A stretch of DNA of 64,000 nt from Blastocladiella emersonii ATCC 22665 (Eukaryota; Fungi; Blastocladiomycota), in assembly GCA_025594325.1 (NCBI GenBank), contig JANHCV010000003.1, positions 1,116,001 to 1,180,000 of the forward strand. The letters are read 5' to 3'. Made by a program: the position numbers and the translations under genes. Positions 23,796-34,645 of this stretch are shown piece after piece. The notes under the pieces are model-generated. The model was not told where the DNA came from, made no database searches, and saw nothing but the letters and a program-made list of their open reading frames with translations. The stretch's first letter is position 1, and each line of letters opens with the position of its first letter.

Positions 23796-25632
23796 CTAGT
23801 GGTGGAACAGGCGCAGGTTGGTGAACGAGTAGGTCATGCCGTACTCGTTCGCCGTCGCGACGACCGCGTCGTCCGACACCGAGCCCGAGGGCGCGGCGAC
23901 GTGGTGGACGCCCGAGTCGACGGCGCGGTACAGCGAGTCGGGGAACGGGAAGAAGGCGTCGGACGCGAGCGCGACGCCCTGCTGCTGCTTGAGCCACGCG
24001 CGCTTCTCGTCGGCCGTGAGCTCGGCGGGGAGCTCGTCGAACACGGCCTCGTACGCGGCGCGCGACGCGCCGGTGCCGATCTGCGACGTGACGAACAGGT
24101 CGATGGCGTTGGACTTGTCGGCGCGCTTGGTGCCCTTTTTGAACTTCATGCCGAGCACCTTCGGGTGGTGGCGCAGCCACCAGTTGTCGGCCTTGTCGGC
24201 GGCGAGCCGCGTGCAGTGGACGCGCGACTGCTGGCCGGCGCCGACGCCCACGACCATGCCGTTCTTGGCAAAGGCGACCGAGTTGGACTGCGTGTACTTG
24301 AGCGTGATGGTGGCGACGAGCAGGTCGCGGACGGCACCCTCGGCCAGGTCCTTCTTGGCCGACACCACGTTGGCGAAGAGCGCCGGGTCAATGGCCACGT
24401 CGTTGCGGCGCTGCTGCAGGTTGAGGCCGTACACCTGGCGGGTCTCGGTGGCGGGGGGCTCGTAGGCCGGGTCCATCTGGAGCACGCAGTACTTGCCGCC
24501 CTTCTTGGCCTGCAGGATGGCGAGGGCCTCGGGCGAGTAGGCGGGGGCAATGACGCCGTCCGACACCTCGCGCGAGATGATCTTGGCCGTGACCGCATCG
24601 CACTCGGCCGACAGCGCGAGGAAGTCGCCAAACGACGACATGCGGTCGGCGCCGCGCGCGCGCGCGTACGCCGTGGCGAGCGGCGTCAGCGAGTCGAACA
24701 GGTCGTCGACCATGCACACCTTGGCCTCGTCGCGCGTGAGCGGCACGCCGACGGCGGCGCCGGCGGGCGACACGTGCTTGAAAGAGGCGGCGGCGGGGAT
24801 GCCCGTGGCGCGGTGCAGGTCCTTGACGAGCGGCCACGCGTTGAAGGCGTCGAGCAGGTTGATGTAGCCCGGGCTGCCGTTGAGCACCTTGAAGGGGAGG
24901 TTGCCGTGGTTGGTGAAGACCTGGGCGGGCTTCTGGTGCGGGTTCATGCCGTAGCGCAGGGTCAGCTGCGACTCGCCGGCCGAGTACTGCTGGCGGAAGT
25001 AGTTGGAGATGGCCTCGTCGTACTCGGCCGTGTGGTTGAAGGCCTTGAGGGCGAGCTTCTGGCGCATGGCCTCGGACACGGTGCCGTTCGCGCGCAGGTC
25101 GGCGACGAGCGGCGCGTAGTCAGTCGGGTCGCACACGATGGCGACGCGCGCGTGGTTCTTGGCCGCGGCGCGGAGCAGCGTCACGCCGCCAATGTCCACC
25201 TCCTCGACGGCCTCGGCAATGGTCACGCCGTCGCGCGCCACCGTGTTCTGGAACGGGTACAGGTTGCACACGACAATGTCGATCATGTCGATCTGGCGCT
25301 CCTTGAGGTCGGCCAGGTCCGACGGGATGTTGCGGGCGAGGATGCCGCCGTGCACCACGGGGTGCAGCGTCTTGACGCGGCCGCCGAGCATCTCGGGGGC
25401 ATTGGTCAGGTCGGCCACGTCGTCGACGGCGAGCCCGGCATCGCGGATCTTCTTGGAAGTGCCGCCCGACGCGATCAGGCGCACGCCGAGGGACGCCAGG
25501 TCGCGCGCGAGCTCGACGAGGCCGGTCTTGTCGGAGACGGAGAGGAGGGCTGTGGATCGGTACGGGGTTAGCGATGGTGGGAAGCTGCTGCATGGGGCTC
25601 TGCGGCGAGTACTGACCGAGCTTCTGGGACAT
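23796..25632 (-). CDS. ADE17: Bifunctional AICAR transformylase/IMP cyclohydrolase
   Basis: A 16-nt exon 1 plus intron 25550-25616 gives [16 protein letters not shown]; [35 protein letters not shown]. Confidence 0.97.
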
Positions 25633-25692
25633 GGCTGCGAGGTGAGGGCGACGGAGAAGGTGTCTTGGGAGGAGAGCGGGGTGCGCCGCGTG

Positions 25693-25699
25693 CTTTATA
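25693..25699 (-). promoter_or_regulatory. TATA-like box upstream of ADE17
   Basis: TATAAAG on the minus strand about 60 nt upstream of the ATG, in otherwise GC-rich DNA. Confidence 0.45.
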
Positions 25700-25977
25700 C
25701 TCGACGGACCTCGGGTCGATGGCCGTTCGTGAGCGAGCGCGCGCTCTCGGTCGCGGGTCGGAACGCGGGACGGGTCGTGCCGAAACGCGTCGGTCGTCCC
25801 GGCCCGCCCCGCATCCGATCCCGGGTCCACCCGCCCGTGGCGCACGCTTCGCTATCTGTGGCGCGCGGCACCAGGCGAGGTCTGGCGCGCGGGTCGCGGG
25901 TTCGGTTCCCGCCCTGCGCACACTGATTTAGGGTTAAATTAGGGTTTGAACAAGATATAAGATTCACAATCGCCGGC

Positions 25978-26497
25978 TCATGCCTTGGCCTCGCTCTCGG
26001 GACCGTCCTCGGGGTCGACGAGCGGTGCTGGCTCGGGCACCTCGATGGCCTCCCACTTGCTACACGCGCGTGCGCAGAGGTCAGCGTGGTCCCACAAAGC
26101 GGAACAAAAGCGCATACCCCTCGGCAGCGTTGGTCTCGCCCGGGATCCACAGGGCGAGGAACACGACGGCGTCATCGGGGACGCCGAGCTGGTCGAGCAC
26201 GGCCTTGTCCTCGAGCTCGGCGAGCTTGTCCTTTTGCGCGAGCAGCGCGTAGTCGACGGTGGTGGCGATCTTGTCCTTGGGCACCATGAGGCGCAGGTCG
26301 CGCGGGTCGCGCATCACCAGCTTGGCCACCTTGCGCTTGAGCGCCAGCACCGTGTCGGTCGCCGCGCACTGCACAAAGTACGTGGCCTTGCCGCGCTTGA
26401 CGCGCACCGTCATGCTGGAGAGGACCTAGACTCGCGCGGGCGGCGTGAGCGGTTCATCTGAGGACATTGCATCGAGTTGCATTGCGGGTGCTACCAT
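25978..26497 (-). CDS. Elongin-B-like ubiquitin-like protein
   Basis: VRVKRGKATYFVQCAATDTVLALKRKV...LRL...LEDKAVLDQLGVPDDAVV. Intron 26060-26117. Possible ATG-only micro-exon 26495-26497 with intron 26426-26494; otherwise the start is 26413. Confidence 0.7.
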
Positions 26498-26675
26498 GAT
26501 GGTTGAAGATTTCGAGTAGATTCGCAGGAAAAGTGAGTGACGCGACTTGACGCGCGCGTCACGCCGGCCGCCGACGTGACGTGGACGCGTGGCCGCCGCG
26601 CCGATCGAGCGAAGCTCTGGACACGGATCGCACACGGCCCCCGCTCTCGCTTGCCCCCCGCAAACTACACAAACC

Positions 26676-29170
26676 ATGACCATGCAAGCAGACTACACGC
26701 TCGCGGCCGTGGTGCCGGCGCACGAGCAGGACACCAAGGACCTGGTGTTCCTGTCCGACTCGGTGCTCGCCACCTGCTCGCGCGACCACACGGCGCGCAT
26801 CTGGCAGCTCGTCCCGCAGGAGAACGGCGGCACCGACGTCGTGCTCGTCCACACCCTCGCCGACCACCAGGGCTTCGTCAATGCCGTCGCCGCCGTCGAC
26901 GGGCCCAACTCGACCAAGCTGCTCGCGTCGGGCGGCTCCGACAAGACCATCCACGTCCACGAGCCCGAAAACGGCGCCCTCGTCCTCACCCTCGTCGGAC
27001 ACACCGAGAACGTGTGCGTGCTCGGCCGCATCCCCGGCGTCTCGACGGGCGTCATCTCCGGCAGCTGGGACAAGTACGATCTTTCGCGTCACGCGCCACC
27101 CTGATCGTCGTCTCACCCGTACATCCCCTCGCTCACAGGACCGCGCGCGTCTGGATCAACGGCGAGTGCGTGTACATGCTCAAGGGCCACGAGCAGGCCG
27201 TGTGGGGCGTGCTCGCGCTCGACGCCACCACCTTCGTGACCGCCGCCGCCGACAAGACCATCAAGATCTGGAACGGCGACAAGTGCGTCAAGACCGTGAC
27301 GGGCCACACGGACGTGGTGCGCGCGCTCGTGCACATCCCGGCGCTCGACCTGGTTGCCAGCTGCAGCAACGACAGCACCGTGCGCGTGTGGACGCGCTTG
27401 GGCGAGCTCGTGCAGGAGCTGCACGGCCACACGTCCTTTGTGTACAAGGTGACCGTCAACACGGCCACGGGCGAGCTCGTGAGCTGCGGCGAGGACCGGT
27501 GCGTGCGCGTGTGGCTCGACGGCGAGCTCAAGCAGACCATCCCGCTCCCCTCGGTCTCGGTGTGGTCCGTCGCCGTCAACCCCGCCGGCACCGAGCTCGC
27601 CGCCGCCGAGAGCAACGGCACCGTGTACCTGTTCACGCGCGACCCGGCCCGCGCCGCCCAGGCCGACCTCGTCAAGGCCTTTGAGGAGTCGCTCGCGTCC
27701 TCGGCCATCCCCAAGAACCAGATCGGCGATATCAAGAAGGACGACCTCCCCGGGCCCGAGGCCCTCGCCAACCCGGGCAACCGCGACGGCCAGGTGCTCA
27801 TGGTCAAGACCGAGGCCGGCAACGTCGAGGCCCACCAGTGGTCCAGCGGCCAGAAGATGTGGGTCAAGGTCGGCGACGTGGTCGACGCCATTGGCAGCGG
27901 CCGCAAGCAGGTCTACAACGGCAAGGAGTACGACTACGTCTTCGACATTGACGTCGGCGGCGGCCAGTTCCTCAAGCTCCCCTACAACGTTGCCGGTACG
28001 CTTCGCTTCTCACTCCGCACGCGTCGTGACGCTGGCTGACCCGCTTCACCCACAGAGAACCCGTACACGGCCGCGCAGGCGTTCCTGTGGAAGTACGAGC
28101 TGTCGCAAGAGTTCCTCGACCAGGTCGCCAACTTCATCGTCACCAACACCAAGGGCCACACCGTCTCGACCTCGGCCGACGCCGCCAACGAGTTTGTTGA
28201 CCCCTTCACCGGCGGCAACCGCTACACGCCCGCCGGCAGTTCCGCGCCATCGGCCTTCGCGGCCCAGCCCGCCACCGGTGCAGCTGGCGCGAGCAACGCG
28301 TCCGCGTTCAGCCCGTGGACCAGCGGGTATACGACGTCGACGCTCAGCTCCGCCTCCTCCTCCGCTGCCGCTGCGCCCGCACCCGCGACTGCGACGTACT
28401 CGCCGACGTCGGCCTCGGCCGGCCGCCTCGCTGCCGTGCCCGTCAAGGAGTACGTGACGTTCAAGCAGATCAACTACGGCGCCATCGCCAACAAGCTGGC
28501 CAAGCAGCAGTCCGATTTCGGCGTGACGCTGTCGCCCGCGGCGGGCACCGCGGCCGAGCTCGAGGAGCACCCGTGGTCGACGGCGACGAGCGTGCTCACG
28601 CTGCCGGCGTGGCCCGTGGCCGAGCGGTTCCCGGCACTCGACCTGGTGCGGTACTTTGTGCTCTCGCACGACGAGCCCGCGCAGACGCGGCAGGCGCTCG
28701 ACTGGGCGGGCGAGGCGCTTGTCGCGGCGGCGAGCCACGCGTCGGTGATGCTCGCGCTGCGCATCTACGCCAACCTGTTCCACCTCGCGCGCAACCGCTC
28801 TGCCGTCATGGCGCGGCTCGGCGAGATCCTCCCGCACCTCAACACGCACCGCGGGTCCAAGAACAAGAACGTGCGGCAGTCGGTCGCCACGGTGCTCCTC
28901 AACGCGGCCGTGCACATGGTGCAGACCAAGGCCGAGGCCGAGACCATGAACGTAATCGCGGTGCTCGCCGAGATGCTCGTCGGCGAGGCCGACCCCGAGA
29001 CGCTGTACCGCACGGTCGCGGCCGTCGGCACCATGGCGGCGCTCGGCAGCTCCGTCAAGCCGTTCCTCGCCGGGCTCGGCGTCCGCGCCGCCCTCATGGC
29101 GATCCAGGTCCAGCCCGCGACCGAGGAGCGGACCAAGTTTGCGATTGCGGACTCGCTCGCGCTCATCTGA
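26676..29170 (+). CDS. DOA1: Doa1/Ufd3/PLAA (WD40-PFU-PUL), Cdc48 cofactor
   Basis: WD40 repeats; PFU YNGKEYDYVFDIDV...LKLPYNVAENPYTAAQAFL; PUL FPALDLVR. Introns 27074-27138 and 27996-28055. Confidence 0.93.
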
Positions 29171-29224
29171 AGTTCTTTGAGAAGTCTGTATACAAAGGTT
29201 TGGAACGGCTGAGCTCGTCAACTT

Positions 29225-30019
29225 TCACTCGTCGTCGTCGTCGTCAGCGCCCTGCTTGTACACTGCCCGAATATGCCGGTTGGGCGCCCAGCACTCTTCC
29301 TCGAACCCGGCGCGCACCACGACCTCGACGCCATGCTCGGCAAGCATCTCGGCGCCCGTGCACTTGACAAAGATATCGCTCGGCTCGGCGATCCCCATGA
29401 CGACGCGGCGCAGGCCCAGCGCCAGCGCGTGCGCCGTGCACCCCTCGCGCCCGCTCAGCCGCGTCGTGCACGGCTCCATGGTCGTGTACAGCGTGACGCC
29501 CGGCGCGCACAGGATGGCGCGCACCGCGGGCGACCATGGCGCCGCGTCGGGCGACGGCGAAAGCTGCTGCAGCTTGAGGAAACAGCACTCCTCGGCGTGC
29601 GTGTTGCCCGGCAGCTCGCGCGAGTAGCCCGTCGCGAGAACGACGTGGCCCGCCGGCGCGTCGGCGGGTTGCCGGCACCGTGCGGCCGCGGCGGACGCGG
29701 GGGAGGAGGCGGGGACCGGGAGGGCAGCGACGAGGACCGCCCCGACGCAGTACGCGGACGGCGACGGCTCCGACAGGTGCGCGAGCTGGATCGCGTACCG
29801 CAGCCAGTACAGGTCCGGGTCGGCGTCGCTGCTGCTACTGCTTCCTGCGGCGGCAGAAACGGCGGATGGTGGTGGTGGGAGCGGCTGCGAGAGTGATTCG
29901 GGCGTGATGGGAGGCGAGATCAGCGCGGAGGCGGTCGAGGACGCGGGCGCCTTGGCAGCGGGCGCGGTTTCTGGCTGCACAGCGGGCAGGGCGGCTTCAT
30001 TGAGATCCATGGTCGGCAT
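29225..30019 (-). CDS. RIB2: Stand-alone Rib2-type pyrimidine (DRAP) deaminase, riboflavin pathway
   Basis: AYCVGAVLV, TGYSRELPGNTHAEECC, TMEPCTTRLSG...C (zinc deaminase HxE/PCxxC-like); no pseudouridine synthase domain. Confidence 0.75.
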   Translation of the reverse strand: MPTMDLNEAALPAVQPETAPAAKAPASSTASALISPPITPESLSQPLPPPPSAVSAAAGSSSSSDADPDLYWLRYAIQLAHLSEPSPSAYCVGAVLVAALPVPASSPASAAAARCRQPADAPAGHVVLATGYSRELPGNTHAEECCFLKLQQLSPSPDAAPWSPAVRAILCAPGVTLYTTMEPCTTRLSGREGCTAHALALGLRRVVMGIAEPSDIFVKCTGAEMLAEHGVEVVVRAGFEEECWAPNRHIRAVYKQGADDDDDE

Positions 30020-30841
30020 TCTGGCCGTTGCGGCGAGTCTGTGTCGGCCGAGGTGGGGTGAAAGTCGCAACAAGGGGAGCAAGCGGGTCGGTCTTGTACC
30101 GCGCGCGTGTGCCTGCCTGCTGCGACCGCGGCGCACCGGAGGCTCAGCTGGGCCGCTGCGGGACAGACCGGTCGACTGTGAACCTCCACACGCTCCTCGT
30201 TGAGCGGAGCCGACGGGCCCTGGTCAGCGCCGTGGCCAGCGCCAGGGCAGGCCCGCTCGCCCGTGGCCGCGAATGGCGTGCTGATCAGTCAGCGGAGTTG
30301 GGAGACTGCCTCCCTCGCCGCCAGCGGGAGGCAGGGAGGCACCGACTCTGCTATTTCGGGATCTAGGTTACGATGAGCATGTCGCCCGTGTGATGCGATG
30401 CGGTCGCTGTTGAAGGCTCGAGGGGTGCCTCGCAACCGGCCACGTGCAGGTGAGCTCGCTTCAAACACCACGTCGCGATCGCTCACCTTCGCTGCTTGTT
30501 CTGCATACATGGTCAGTCGACTCGCCAAATGAAGGGCAGAACCACATGCAATCTGATGGAACCTTCGTGAATGGATTGCTCGGGCGGGTCTGACCCTGCA
30601 GGCTCGCGCAAGCGCTTCCACCGTCATAGCCTACACTCTTCATCCGCTGCTCTGAAGACCTTTGACAAGATGACCCGGCCCCCCGCTTGATGTGATTGAG
30701 GACATTCTCATTGCGAGTTCAGCGGCGTCCACGGCTGCGGACCCGTGGGTCCGTCGCGGGTGCGGCCTCGCCCATGCTCCCCGCGAACTGTATGTCAGGT
30801 CCGCCGACTCGCCCAAGCAAATTTAACTCTATGCAACGCTC

Positions 30842-31855
30842 ATGAAACTCATGGAAATGGACCACACGGACCTTCCGGGCACCTCGATGACCGGGCTTCC
30901 GCTTGACGTATACGAGAAGGTTCTCATCGCAGCTTCGGTCGCCTTGACGGCGGATGCCCGCTCTCACATGCCCGATGCCCGCTTTCCCCGCTGCGATTGC
31001 TTCGAAGACCCGTCGCTCAAGAAACTCCGCCGTCTGCGCCCGCGATTCCGATACGGGCCGTATCGCTCTCGCCGTCCCTGCGCAATGTGGGAGCTACCAC
31101 CCGCGACCGCGTACGAGCTGGTCCAGTACTTGAACGTGTCACGCGGGCTCAGCCGGCTGCGCAAGTTTGTGATGACTCTCATTCCAGGCATGACGCCGTG
31201 TCACATCCTCGTGGATGATTGCGCCGACCGCGTCATCGCGTATTCGTGGCACCTGCCCCTGTCGCGCACGCTCCGCGAGATTCCGAAATGCGACTTGCTG
31301 CGCGTCATCTGCCGGGACGCGTCGAGTGCAATCTTCCGCCACTTGCTCGATTACGCACCCTGGTGGTTAGCTCTCGACGACCTTGCCGCAGCCGCCAGTG
31401 AGTACGGACGCGTCGATTTGCTCGATGCGTGGTTACGCGCGCGTTTCTCGAATTGCATCGATTCGAATGGTACTGTTGACTTCCACGCTCTGAATCTCGA
31501 TCTTCTGGACATCAAGCCAGGCGCGCATCGGCTCCCCGCACACTTGGACAGCGCTAGTCAGAATGGTCGCCTCGCCGTACTTCAGTGGTGGTGCAAGTAC
31601 TTTCCCAATCACGTCCAGTACACTACGTACGCTCTCGACAGCGCCAGCGCGTACGGCCACACCGCGGTGGTCAAGTGGTGGTTGCACGAGTCGGGGCTTC
31701 CGCTCAAGTATACCACACGCGCGCTCGATGGCGCATTCGAAAACAACCACAGAGCCGTGTTCTCGCTTTGGACCCAGTCGGGGCGCGAGCTCCGGCACAG
31801 CAACCAAGTTCTAAACCAGCTTTTTGGCAATCTGTCGGGTCCCAAGGACGCCTGA
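30842..31855 (+). CDS. Intronless ankyrin-like repeat protein (accessory family)
   Basis: Repeats AASEYGRVDLLDAW, SASQNGRLAVLQWW, SASAYGHTAVVKWW, GAFENNHRAVFSLW; weaker C/G third-position bias than neighbouring genes. Confidence 0.7.
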   Translation: MKLMEMDHTDLPGTSMTGLPLDVYEKVLIAASVALTADARSHMPDARFPRCDCFEDPSLKKLRRLRPRFRYGPYRSRRPCAMWELPPATAYELVQYLNVSRGLSRLRKFVMTLIPGMTPCHILVDDCADRVIAYSWHLPLSRTLREIPKCDLLRVICRDASSAIFRHLLDYAPWWLALDDLAAAASEYGRVDLLDAWLRARFSNCIDSNGTVDFHALNLDLLDIKPGAHRLPAHLDSASQNGRLAVLQWWCKYFPNHVQYTTYALDSASAYGHTAVVKWWLHESGLPLKYTTRALDGAFENNHRAVFSLWTQSGRELRHSNQVLNQLFGNLSGPKDA

Positions 31856-31975
31856 GCTGCGCAATCGTCCAATTTGAGCTCAATACACGATCCGTCTTGT
31901 GTCAATATCCCCCTTAGCGAGGAGAACTCGCGCGCTTCGAGTACGAAAGTGTCTTTATTGCAACGACAGCCACAT

Positions 31976-32727
31976 CTAAAGCTCACCAATGCTGCGGTTG
32001 TTCATGGTCAGGCGGCTCAGCGCGGCCGTGAACCGGTTCTTCGCCTTGCGCTTCTCCTTGCGCTTGGCACGGCGCTCGAGGTCCTCCTGCACGTCGATGG
32101 CGGCGAAGACGAAGAGGCGGAACTCGTTGTAGTCGAGCTCCTGGTTGCCCGAAACGTCGAACTCGTCGTAGATCTTCTTGACGGCGGCGCGACTGAACCC
32201 GAACAGGAACCCGAGCGTCTCGAACTCGGACCGCGAAACGGCCTTGGAACCGTCCTCGTCGAGAAGCTCGAAGCATGTCCGCCAGTGCCGGTACAGGAAG
32301 TGCTTGGCCTTGCCGTCCTACACGACCCGGCGAAAGTCAGCTCGTGGAAGGAGGGTGATGAGGTCGCAGTGTGTACGCACGTTGATGGCGACCAGGATGC
32401 ACACGAGCAGGTAGAACTCGTCAAACTCGCACGAGCCGGACCGATCGAGATCGAAGATGTCAAAGATCTTGTAGATCTGCGTTTTGCTCAGATCCGTCGA
32501 CGAGCTGAGGAAGGCGGCGAACTGGATGTCGTCGATACCGCCCGTGCCCTTGCAGTCGAGCAGCCGGAAGAACTCGAGCACGAGCTGCGCCGAGCGCGCG
32601 TTCAGCAGCCCTGAAAGACGTGCAGAGCGTTAGGGTCCGCGAGCACGGGCGGGACCGGGTGCATCGCGCACGCACCGTACTTGGGGTCGAGGTGCAGCCG
32701 TTTCAGGAAGTTGGATGAGACTTTCAT
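31976..32727 (-). CDS. EFCAB9: EF-hand protein, EFCAB9-like (CatSper-associated Ca2+ sensor family), 207 aa
   Basis: Introns 32611-32675 and 32318-32380. The spliced product LHLDPKYGLLNARS...TDLSKTQIYKIFDIFD...EFYLLVCIL...HFLYRHWRTCFELLD...FLFGF...FDVSGNQELDYNEFRLF aligns by eye end to end with mammalian EFCAB9 as recalled. Confidence 0.8.
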
Positions 32728-32990
32728 GGCAGTGGTTGGTTTGGGCGCTTTAGAAGACGCGTGAAGGGGCTGAAGGCGCTTTGTTCGCGTCGATGGGGAC
32801 GCGGTGGGCGGGTGCGAGACACTTTGGCGCGACGCGTCTCGCAAAACGCACGGGGTGGCGCCTGCCGCGCCCATCACGCCGCTCCGCCGCGGCGATCCCA
32901 CTGCTCTCGCTCCGCCCCTGAGCCGACCCGCCTCCCTTCCCTCTGCCCCCATCACACCCCATGAAATAGTGCAACCACACACACACTGCA

Positions 32991-34645
32991 ATGGACTTCT
33001 CGGACGCATTCAGGCAAACCAACGGGCAGTGCTACTTCAGCGCCGACGGCGCGTACCAGGCGACGGTCGTCGGACACAAGCTGGTGATCCGCGACGCCGA
33101 GACGCTGAGCATCGTGAACGTCATCACGGCGGTGGACGCCATTTCGTACATTGAGTTCTCGCCCGACGCCAAGTACATTCTGTGCGCGTCGTACGAGCTG
33201 GGCGCCGTGCAGGTGTGGGAGCTCGACGGCACCGAGCCCGTCGCCAAGACCGACGAGGGCCTGTCGGGCTGCGTGCGCGTCGCCTGGGACCAGTACTCGG
33301 CGCGCGCCGTGCTCACCTGGAGCGCCTTCGGCCTGCGCATCTCGGTGTGGAACCTCGTCGACGGTTCGCTCACCTATATCCGCCAGCCGAAATACGCCGA
33401 CCGCGGGTTCGCCTTCCGCGAGGACCACCGCTACCTCGCCGTGCTCGACCGCGTCGACTGCCGCGACGAGGTGTGCGTCTACGACTGCGCCACCTGGGAC
33501 CTCGTCAAGCACTTTGCCGTCGAGTCGACCGACGCCACGGACCTCGCGTGGTCGCCCGACGGCCGCCACATTGCCGTGTGGGACTCGGTTCTCGAAGTAC
33601 GCCGTGGTTACCCACGACTCGGTTTTGAGCACGCCTAACGCACTCCGCTGCGCGTAGTACCGCGTGCTCATCTACTCGCCCGACGGCCGCCGCATGCACT
33701 CGTACTCGGCCTACGAGAACGGTCTCGGCGTCCGCCTCGCCGTGTGGTCACCGACGAGCCAGTTCCTCGCCGTCGGCAGCTACGACCAGAAGCTGCGCCT
33801 GCTCAACCACTTCACCTTCAACGCCATTGCCGAGTGGGGCCACGCCGGCAGCGTCACGCTCACGCCCAAATCCAAACTCGTCGTGTTCCGCGAACCGAGC
33901 CTGCTCGCGTCCGGCGCCGCCCCCGCGTGGCCGACGGCCGTCGATGTCGCGCATCCGCGGCTACGATGTACGTTCTCCGCGCACGTACTGCGTGTGTTCC
34001 GCGCTGACTTACCATCTCGGCGATAGACGAGGCCGTCATGCCGTCGCAGTCCAATATCACGCTCAACTTCCCGGTCGTCAAGCTCGACGCCGAGAAGCCA
34101 GCGAAAAAGGTGGGCGTCAGCATGGTCAAGTGGTCGATTGACGGCCGGTATCTCGCCGTCAAGAACGGTACGCTTCGCTCAAATCGGACGCACCTCGCCT
34201 CGCCGCTCACTCTGTCCGCGCACGTGTAGAGAACACGCCGACCCTCGTGTACATCTACTCGATGGCGCACCTCCGGCTCATCTCGATCTTGCAGCACGGC
34301 GAGAGCGTCAAGGCCATGGAGTGGATGCAGCAGGAGCGGTCGCGCCACGTCCTGACGCTGTGCACGGGGACCGGCGCGCTGCACTTCTGGGACGGCGGTC
34401 GCACCGTGGTGCCCGGCCATCCGGACGAGGTGCTCCCCTTCACGGACGCGGACGCTGCGGCAACGCAGGAAACGTACGGCGTCGCCGAGTCGGTCATCGT
34501 GCCCGTCTCCGGGTTCCACGTCCACAACTTCCGCTGGGCCGGCGGCCGCGACGGCGGGAAGCGCGTCCTGTTGATCGACAAGGACAAGTTCTGTGTCGCG
34601 TTCGATGTCCAGATGCATGACCAGGATGCGTTCCCGACGCGGTGA
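32991..34645 (+). CDS. WRAP73: WD40 centriolar/ciliogenesis protein WRAP73 (WDR8)
   Basis: MDFSDAF, LVIRDAETL, IDE-like TDEGLSG, AVWDSVLEYRVLIYSPDGR, SAYENGLG, WSPTSQFLAVGSYD. Introns 33597-33657, 33968-34026 and 34168-34229. Confidence 0.92.

Noticed and set aside
36-30136. Many long antisense or alternative-frame ORFs (e.g. 17480-19669, 23742-25571, 5486-7702)
   Set aside because: Shadow ORFs expected from high GC and C/G third-position bias of the real genes; Arg/Gly/Ala-rich with no motifs.
30306-30334. 9-bp GC stem-loop CTGCCTCCC-N11-GGGAGGCAG upstream of the ankyrin-like gene
   Set aside because: A short hairpin in GC-rich DNA; no tRNA, snRNA or terminator context.
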